From contig OZ024742.1 in NCBI GenBank assembly GCA_964016885.1, positions 334,552,001-334,616,000 of the forward strand: 64,000 nucleotides of DNA, read 5' to 3'. The position numbers and the translations under genes are program-made. Positions 54,708 through 64,000 of the stretch are shown piece by piece; positions within the stretch are counted from its first letter, which is position 1; the number at the start of each line of letters is the position of its first letter. The stretch comes from Eledone cirrhosa. Its lineage: Eukaryota. The notes below the pieces were generated by a model. The model made no database searches. It saw nothing but the letters and a program-made list of their open reading frames with translations, and was not told the origin of the DNA.

Positions 54708-55479
54708 TAGGAATAAAAGAGTATTAGTGATTGTATGGGTTAGTATTCAGTTGTGGTTTTAAGTTTTTAAGTTTTTACCGGTTGCGCATTTCTAAATGCT
54801 TTTCAAAAATAATTTTGAGATAGAGTGTCCGTGCTGTTTGCTCTGATCTGATTAGTTTTGGGAATTCTACCTGTTTTTATGTTAAAAAAATGGCTCCAGC
54901 GTTATTTTTGTGTTGCAAAAATGCTTGTGGTCAAAACAATTTTGATTGGTCGGTAGAGGTCATGTGAATGTAAAAAGTTGATTTTGCGCCAAGACTGTTT
55001 TTATGTTAAAATGTTAGAAAAGTGGCTCCAGCAAAAATTATTGGTCAAAACAATTTTGTTGTGAAAGAGTCATTTCTCAATCTTGGCGCAAAACCAATTT
55101 TTTATCCACATGACCTCTACCGACCAATCAAAATTGTTTTGACCAATAATTTTTGCTGGAGCCACTTTTCTAACATTTTAACATAAAAACAGTCTTGGCG
55201 CAAAATCAACTTTTCACATTCACATGACCTCTACCGACCAATCAAAATTGTTTTGACCACAAGCATTTTTGCAACACAAAAATAACGCTGGAGCCATTTT
55301 TTTAACATAAAAACAGGTAGAATTCCCAAAACTAATCAGATCAGAGCAAACAGCACGGACACTCTATCTCAAAATTATTTTTGAAAAGCATTTAGAAATG
55401 CGCAACCGGTAAAAACTTAAAAACTTAAAACCACAACTGAATACTAACCCATACAATCACTAATACTCTTTTATTCCTA
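54708..55479. repeat. about 770-bp near-perfect palindrome (arms about 350 bp)
   Basis: 54708-55058 is the reverse complement of 55129-55479; flanked by (TA)n. Confidence 0.95.
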
Positions 55480-55909
<430 letters not shown>

Positions 55910-56347
55910 AAGAATTAATATATCTACCGACATATGTATACAGATGCATACCTATGCTAGCAGATATATATGTTTTGTCTTAGTAACTTTGTAGTTCTAT
56001 GCAGGGGAATGCAGAACAATTATATGAAGGACGTAAATAAGAAAGTTATGAAAATTGACTTACTTACTAAAATTTCACTCCAACTAATTAGTTTCTGTAA
56101 GGGGATAAATACAGTTATGTAATACCTGTAGAGAAGCCTTACGTCATCAGGGAGTCTATTCTCAGCTAAGTTACCAGGCAATGCGGGGACACTGGAAACT
56201 TATATAACAATAATTCAGTGGATGGAAAAAAGCGAAAAAAGCGAGCGGGGTTAGATTCCAGTGACTGAAAAATTCGCTGCCTTCTTGGCCAAGTAAGTCA
56301 ATTTTCTTAGTAAGTAAGTCAATTTTCATAACTCACTTATTTACGTC

Positions 56348-56419
<72 letters not shown>

Positions 56420-56677
56420 GAACATAGCTGTATATATAGATATAAGTAAGAATATTTTGTTTATCTAGCGAAATACACTATGTTTACGAATAAACATTTT
56501 GAAAGCCTTCAACTATGAATTTAGAACTGATGACGTAGCGCCATGTAGCGGATTCCAGCAACACAAAGACTAGGTAACTGACGACGACGTCATTTCTGAC
56601 TCTGGTTGTTGTCAAGTCACTGCTCCTTACCCTGAAACATACCGTCTACCGCTACATATACAAAATGACGCATTCTG

Positions 56678-56712
<35 letters not shown>

Positions 56713-56739
56713 CATATAGTAGCAGAATATATATATATA

Positions 56740-57529
56740 CTAGCAGAATGGCCCGGCGTTGCTCGGGATTTGCTATAGGATTCTTATATATTTGATATAT
56801 ATTTATCCTTATCGAACCTCGTGAAATAAATACGTTTGTTTATATTTCGTTATTGTGTATGCAAACATATCTGTCCATAAATATATAATTATATATATAT
56901 ATATATATATTAAAATAACAGACTAAATTTTAAGCAAAGAATCACTGCTTTCAGCCTTAACAGGATATTCTACCTAAAATCAGTATGAAGTACATACACT
57001 AAGACTAATTGATGTAATCTTTGGCCTTGTTTGTTTATATTTTGTTTTTGTGTATGCAAAAATATGTCTACACGAATATCTATATTAAAATAACATATTA
57101 ATGTTTAAGCAAAGAATCGCTGCTTTCAACCTTAACGGGATCTTCTGAAACTAATAAAATCAATCTGGAAAACAGGAAGACGATACTTTGGTTCGTGAAG
57201 ACGTTCCCTGGCATAAGAATATATATACACACACACACTGATCGTGTCATAATGACGTAATGCAGACAGTCAGACATACAGACAAATATTATGAAGGCGC
57301 GACGTCATATCTATGTATCTATCTAAAAAAAGAAAGACTAAGAGAAAGAGAAAGAGATCGCTAAATCGCCTAATGCGGTCCCTAGGGCATTGAAAATTTG
57401 AAATTTATTTTGCTTAAAAGACTTCCGGGGTCATACGAGTTACATATATAAAGTTTGAAAAAAACCCGTTGGGTACTTCTCGAGTTTTAGGGAAACAGAC
57501 ACACAGACATCCTTTGTTTTATATATATA

Positions 57530-57530
<1 letters not shown>
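56740..57530 (-). mobile_element. non-autonomous Helitron family A, dispersed copy
   Basis: CTAGCAGAATGGCCCGGCGTTGCTCGGG terminus; body homologous to 19914-20494. Confidence 0.85.
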
Positions 57531-57582
<52 letters not shown>

Positions 57583-57845
57583 TCATTTACACAGACGAGA
57601 AAACTATATATTCTCGCCTGTCTTCTAGTCCAGCAGTCGGAAGTGGTGGGAGGGACCGTCCTGACGATGTCCAGTTAAGCCTGAAATGCATAGACGGTTA
57701 TCTCCCTAGCTTCTGCTGAACATCACCAGAGGACGTTAGCTCCCCGCTGTTTACATAGCTACAGCTTCCTAAAACCGTATTTCTTTGGAGATACGAAATA
57801 TTTATACACATCGTATAAAGCTATGCTTGAAGCGAAATCCTATTT

Positions 57846-57889
<44 letters not shown>

Positions 57890-58101
57890 AACAAGTAAGA
57901 CCCCGACGGCTGAGCTCAAGCCGTTTCGACGGCTGAGCTCAAGCCGTTTCGACGGCTAATTCTGAATCCAGAATTAGCCGTCGAAACGGCTTGAGCTCAG
58001 CCGTCGAGGTCTTACTTGTTCCTATTACCCACTCTACTACCGTAAGTATTGTGTACTTTGGTGCGTTATGGTCCACCTGGTTCCTTACCACATTTCCTTC
58101 G

Positions 58102-58194
<93 letters not shown>

Positions 58195-58399
58195 CAACGG
58201 TGACATAAACAGGCAATCAAGTTGCGTTGGGTTCTGGGTCCCAATTCATTCAGCCTGTCATGAGAGTCTGAATGAATTGGGGAGAGAATCCAACGAAATT
58301 TGAATACTTGTCTATGTCACTGTTGTAATTATTTATACTAAACTCGTCTTATGGACTGAGTGCTCTTACTCTTGGATATTTCTACTTAACTTTTACTTC

Positions 58400-58638
58400 A
58401 GTATATATATATATGCGTGTATATGTGGATGTGTGTGTGTGTGTGTGTTGCGTGCTTGTGCGTGCGGGTGTGTGGATGTGTGTACACATATGTGTGTGTG
58501 CTTGTGTGTATATATATGTATGTGTGTGTTGTGTGTGTGTTGTGTGTGTTATGTGTGTGTGTGTGTGTGTGTGGGTGTGTGTGTTTGTGTATGTGTGTGT
58601 GTGTGTGTGTTTGTGTGTGTTGTGTGTTTGTGTGTGCA
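58400..58638. repeat. imperfect (TG)n microsatellite
   Basis: Direct reading. Confidence 0.97.
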
Positions 58639-59705
58639 TAACAAAGATTCCACTACACCACCTCCGATATTTTACTCGTCCCTTAAATAAAAAAAACGCT
58701 CTGTAATCTCCATTATAACTCTCCCATATTCACCCCAACACAATCCTTGTAAAATCTATGCTAATCTTTTCACAGGAAACCAGGAGTCAATTTTCTCTCA
58801 TTTTTCTCTATTTCCTATCAGCACCCCTACTTTTTCATAGTTTTTCTTCTCTAGTTTTGGTTAAATCTTTTCTAACATTATTTCCATCCCTACCGATTCC
58901 ATTTGCTTTCCTCTGCCGCCAGCAATTTCATTGCCTCTAAATTAACGTCAGCCATTATTTTTTCTCCTCTTCATTTTGAAGACAAATTGAATGGTTTTCT
59001 TATTACGCTGTTTTGAATTGGTCTTGATTTAATTCTTTTATATTACTTCGCGACGGTTATTTTCTATGTGTTTTCTTAGATATAGGGGTGGATGGGAGCT
59101 AATAGATTCTATGTAGGTTTATACCTACATTTATATAGAGATAGACTGGTATTTACATCCATACGTAAATATGCATTTATATATATATATATGTATTCGT
59201 ACATATATACTGCTTTATAGATAAACATGCTACGTATATATATATGTATGTGTGTGTGTGTGCGTGTGTGTGTGTGTGTGTGCATATATGTATATATATA
59301 TATATAAAACAAGAAAAAACTCTGGTGAGTAATGGTCTAAGTGGTTTTTTACCAGTTAGACAATTACTCACCAGAGTATTCGATAGTTGAGATAGTAGAC
59401 TCGGTAATAGGTAAAATTTGAGACCCCAACGGCTGAGCTCAGGCCGTTTCAACAGCTAAATAGGCCGGAGCTTAGCCGTCGGGGTCTCAAATTTTTCATA
59501 TTACCCGCTCTACTATCCCAAGTATCCAATACTCTGGTGAGTAATGATCTAACTCTGATGAGTAATGATCCCACTGGTAAAAACAAGTTAGACCATTACT
59601 CACCAGAGTTTTTTTCTTAATAAACAACATAAGATAATTATTTCATTTACCAGTGGTTTCTTGAAGGCAGATGTTATGTCCCAAAGTATAACAATATATA
59701 TATAT

Positions 59706-60779
59706 ATATATATTGTTATACTTTGGGAGGGTCATGTTGCCAATAAGAAACACAGGCACCAGAAGCTTTCACTTCAATTTATTATAAAATTTTTAGGAAT
59801 TTATAAATTTATATTTTTAGGAATTTATAAATTTCCGGTTGGTTGGTTGGTTGGTTCCACAACCAGATGATTGTTCATATATTGTCAAAGTTCTTTCGTC
59901 ACACATTCTGTGACCTCTTCAGTGACTGGGGATTGTTTTCTTTGTTTTTCTATCTCTCCTTTGTTCTGTCCTACGCCATCTTGTTTTTGTGTGTGTTGTG
60001 TGCTGTATAGATAAGAAATCTATAATCTTTAAATTAAGCCCCCATATTAACTGTAAAACTAGAAATGTAGTATATAGCATAAGATGTACTGAAGGACAAT
60101 GTAGAGATAAGAATATAGTGTACATAGGTGAGAGAACTCGTAGTATAGGGGAACGGATAAATGCACACTGGCGAGAGATTCAAGATAGTAAAGAATCATC
60201 TGTACTCTACCAACATGCTAAAATAGAACACAAGGGTAAATTAGAGAACATAGAAATAAAAATAGAATCTACACACAGAAAAGACGCAATGTTTAGACAA
60301 ATCACAGAGACAATAAACATAAATGAACTCCAACCAAAATTAAATAGAAAACATGAATGGAACAGCAACATCACAACTTTAAATTAAGGACAAAATGAAA
60401 ACACACAAAGAACAAACAACCAACCAGTAACATGTAAATAAACAAATAAATGAACAAATATAAACACACACAGACACCAGGATGTAACACATGCGCAAAC
60501 AAAGCACACAACACACACAAAAACAATATGGCGTAGGACAGAACAAAGGAGAGGCACAAAAACAAAGAAGAGAATCCCCAGTCACTGAAGAGGTCACAAG
60601 AATGTGTGACGAAAGAACTTTATTAATATATGAACAATCATCTGGTTGTGGAACCAACCAATCAACCTGAAATTTATAAATTCCTAAATTTATAAATTTA
60701 TTATAATAAATTGAACTGAAAGCAACTGGTGCGTGTGCTTCTTATTGGCAATATGACCCTCCCAAAGTATAACAATATC
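59706..60779 (+). mobile_element. truncated Penelope-like element with inverted 3' end copy
   Basis: GIY-YIG frame INCKTRNVVYSIRC...VYIGERTRSIGERINAH at about 60020-60387; 59706-59995 is the reverse complement of 60505-60779. Confidence 0.9.
59884..59926 (-). ncRNA. minimal type I hammerhead in PLE end (second copy 60581-60624 +, stem I' damaged)
   Basis: GTCA-CTGAAGA-GGTCACAGAATGTGTGAC-GAAA-GAAC-TT-TGAC. Confidence 0.75.
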
Positions 60780-60845
60780 GGTTTCAACACACATTTTCAG
60801 ATAATGAATCTTGCTGAACAAATTCAGAAACGAAATATATATATA

Positions 60846-60892
<47 letters not shown>

Positions 60893-61183
60893 ATAGTTGG
60901 GGAGGGTCATATTTGTGTAATAATATTGCCAGAATTAATAACAGAACACACTCACTCTGTCTATATCTATATTGTCTATATTGTCTTTTTTGTCTATTTG
61001 TGTCTATATTGTATCTGTATTTTTGACCGTTGGTCAGTTAATTGCAACATTGAGGACCGAATAAATTAAATTAACCGATATAAAAGACACAGAAGCGAAA
61101 ACCCACCAAACAGTGCGTGTGTTCTGTTATTAATTCTGGCAATATTATTACACAAGTATGACCCTCCCCAAGTATAACAATAT

Positions 61184-61216
<33 letters not shown>

Positions 61217-61334
61217 ATGACCCGCCAAAAACCGGGAGTTATTTCTCTTGCCGGAATTAACACGTGACGGCTATAGATACGATTCGCAGCATATATAGCA
61301 GCAACATATAGCTTATCACTTCGGTCCTTGGTAG

Positions 61335-62591
61335 AATAACGCAGTTAAACTTATTCTGGAAAACAACACTTTCTTCTTCAATGGAAAGAATTACATCCAA
61401 ATTAGAGGCACAGCGATGGGAACGAAGTTTGCTCCCGTTTACGCGAACTCTGTAATGGGATACTTAGAACAACAACTCTACCAAGAAATAGAGGAAAAAT
61501 ATAGTACTGACTTTAGAAAGTACATTGAAAAATCTTGGAAGAGATACCTTGACGACTGTTTCATCATCTGGACAGAATCTCTAGATACTCTGGATGAGTT
61601 CAATATCCTCCTGAATAACCTACACCCATCTCTCCAATTCACAAAAGAGATGAGTAGGACCAAATTACCATTCCTAGATATAATGATAATCAAAAACGAC
61701 ACCACCATTACCACGGATATATATTATAAACACACAGACACCCATCAATATCTGAATTTTAAGTCGTGCCATCCACCTCATACAAAACGCAACATCCCAT
61801 ACTGCCTAGCCAGAAGAATTTGTACCATTGTAGAAGATACGAATACCAGGTACAAACGCCTAACAGAACTAAGAGAATTTTTGCTCAAACAAAAATACCC
61901 ATCTCTACTTATAGAAAATGGCATACAGCGGGCTATAAAAATACCTATACAACAACTTAGAACAACCCAAAGAAGAAGAAACCAAGAACTGGTCATACCA
62001 TTTATAATGACACACAACCCATGTCACCAGAATATCTTCAACACTGCCAAAGCAAACCTACCGATCATTGCTCAAAGTAATGAATTAAAAGGCTTAATCA
62101 CAGATCGATCTTTGACTCTTAGTAAAAGACAGCCAAAAAATTTGAAGCAATTGCTAACAAAAGCAAAGTTTGACCTTAACAACAAAGACCAATCATTCAC
62201 TGTATCTAAATGCAATGATAATCGATGCGGCACATGTCAATCCATACACGCCGGTCAATATATGAAAACAAAAACTGGAAAAATATTCACAAATGCAAAT
62301 ATGAACTGCAAAAGCAGAAATCTAATTTACTGCATTAAATGCCCGAATTGTGAAGAACTATATGTCGGTCAAACTGGAAATGCACTATCGGAACGTGCAC
62401 GGGTACACCGTCAACAAATCAGAGACCCAAATGTCCGTCAGATACCCCTAAGCGGCCACCTGGCAACATGTGGTCAGGGAATATTTATAATATTCCCATT
62501 CTACAAATTACACAGCCCAAATGAAATCAAGAGAAAAATCAAAGAAAAGAATTTTATTGATAAATTCAAACCCAAGCTAAATGAACAATAA
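61335..62591 (+). CDS. Penelope-like element polyprotein, 5'-truncated: RT palm/thumb, Zn linker, GIY-YIG endonuclease
   Basis: Uninterrupted frame: ILENNTFFFNGKNYIQIRGTAMG, RYLDDC, LPFLD, YYKHTDTHQYL, HPPHTKRNIPY, CNDNRCGTC, NLIYCIKCPNCEELYVGQTG...RARVH. Confidence 0.93.
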   Translation, partial: NNAVKLILENNTFFFNGKNYIQIRGTAMGTKFAPVYANSVMGYLEQQLYQEIEEKYSTDFRKYIEKSWKRYLDDCFIIWTESLDTLDEFNILLNNLHPSLQFTKEMSRTKLPFLDIMIIKNDTTITTDIYYKHTDTHQYLNFKSCHPPHTKRNIPYCLARRICTIVEDTNTRYKRLTELREFLLKQKYPSLLIENGIQRAIKIPIQQLRTTQRRRNQELVIPFIMTHNPCHQNIFNTAKANLPIIAQSNELKGLITDRSLTLSKRQPKNLKQLLTKAKFDLNNKDQSFTVSKCNDNRCGTCQSIHAGQYMKTKTGKIFTNANMNCKSRNLIYCIKCPNCEELYVGQTGNALSERARVHRQQIRDPNVRQIPLSGHLATCGQGIFIIFPFYKLHSPNEIKRKIKEKNFIDKFKPKLNEQ

Positions 62592-62966
62592 TAACGCCTA
62601 GGGGTATTACTTCTACTACCACTATGACCACGACCACTAACAACAACAACAACAACAATAATAATAATAATAAAAGTGATGTTGATGGTGATGATTAATA
62701 GAAAATGCTATTTTCATCATTTCAAAAAAGCAAAACAATTGATACGTTGGATAAGACTATTGGTCGTTAGCATGCTCAACCAGCCGTGACGCTTAAACCA
62801 ATCAGCTGTAGTAATTCAGTGAAACTACACACTGATTGGTCGAAATACAGTTTACAGGGCTTTGCATTCTGGAGCCACTTTTCTCTGTATAAAATGTATA
62901 AAAGGTAGGAAATTTACCCATCTCATTACAGTTGAAAATTGCAAACTCGACTGTCACCACATATCA

Positions 62967-63005
62967 TGAACCTGAAGATTGCGAAAGCATGAAAGTACTT
63001 GTTCA
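62967..63005 (+). ncRNA. minimal type I hammerhead in PLE 3' region
   Basis: TGAAC-CTGAAGA-TTGCGAAAGCAT-GAAA-GTAC-TT-GTTCA. Confidence 0.85.
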
Positions 63006-63181
63006 ATTAACACTTAGAATTTAATATTCTATCATACTATTTCATTATAATACCATATTATATATATTTTAAAGGATTGTAAATAAAACGAGTAAATCAG
63101 ACAAAGTTGGAATTCCTCTTATTAATATAATCTTCTATACACAATCATACACACCCGTGTATATTTACCTATCTATATCTA

Positions 63182-63239
<58 letters not shown>

Positions 63240-64000
63240 TATATATTTATTCATATATATATATTTATTCCTTATATATATATATGTTTATATATTTATT
63301 CATATATATATATTTATTCATTATATATATATATATATATATATATATGCGTGTGTGTGTGTGTGTATGCTTGGCCAGTTACCGATGTAATTAACTGGTG
63401 TGGACGCTTGCATATTACCTGATATATATATTTATATATATTTGAAAAAAGGAAAAGAATGACTTCACTTGTAGTCCTACACAATTATATTTAATTTTAT
63501 AATATTATAATATTCTGAGTTGGTAGATCTAGTAAGTTCTTTGTTAACTTCGGTGGGAACATTTTTTAAGATTCCTGGTTAACTTTCCTGGAGAACCTTC
63601 TCTCATTTTCAAACTGAGATCAGGTTGTGTTGTCATGTGTAACTCTATATATAAGAGAGATTTTTGTGGGGGTTTTTTGGGTGTTGTGCGGTCTTAATTA
63701 GTGTGGGTGTGAAGGAGTGTTGATGAAGAGTTAAAGGAATTAAAGGATACACATATACAGACATACATATATATACACATACACACATATAGACATATAT
63801 AAACCGTGCTGTTTAAGAAAGGAGCTGTAAAAGTGCCCTCCTGATGGTTCCATTTCAATAAATGACCTTTGATGAATATAATGGCAGGATGTTTTTCAAA
63901 TGTGTTTCTTATAGTTGAATCAACTCTCTATTCTATAAAGAATACCTTCAACAATTTTCTATATTAAAGATGAATTCAGGTGTGTGTCTGGTGGCGGTGT

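Larger units (their letters stand above)
61335..63155 (+). mobile_element. Penelope-like retroelement with 3' pLTR region
   Basis: ORF above, followed by a 3' region with a hammerhead motif and a (TA)n tail. Confidence 0.9.

Overview
AT-rich, microsatellite-dense animal genomic DNA with no intact host protein-coding gene. The SINE types and (TA)n/(TAC)n load suggest an octopod cephalopod (inference). Nearly all ORFs in the track are microsatellite or antisense artefacts. Bases 1-31.3 kb are a decaying, mostly minus-strand array of initiator tRNA-Met(CAT) genes. It holds 8 identical intact copies, with a 9th on the plus strand at 45.3 kb, plus about 25 pseudogenes or fragments and older 'ghost' copies in the spacers. 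The array is organised in higher-order segmental duplications. It is invaded by non-autonomous Helitrons, Helitron helicase relics, tRNA-derived SINEs and Penelope-like (RT/GIY-YIG) retroelements. The rest of the window holds more PLEs, RTE and L1/Tx1 relics, Tc1-like MITEs and many fold-back PLE tails inside (TA)n tracts. The unannotated layer is a set of type I hammerhead ribozyme motifs. These include a non-coding 432-nt tandem repeat with one hammerhead per unit (retrozyme-like, 45.7-46.7 kb) and a non-canonical CAGAnGA-core hammerhead carried inside a Helitron family. All coordinates were read by eye, and TE boundaries are approximate.
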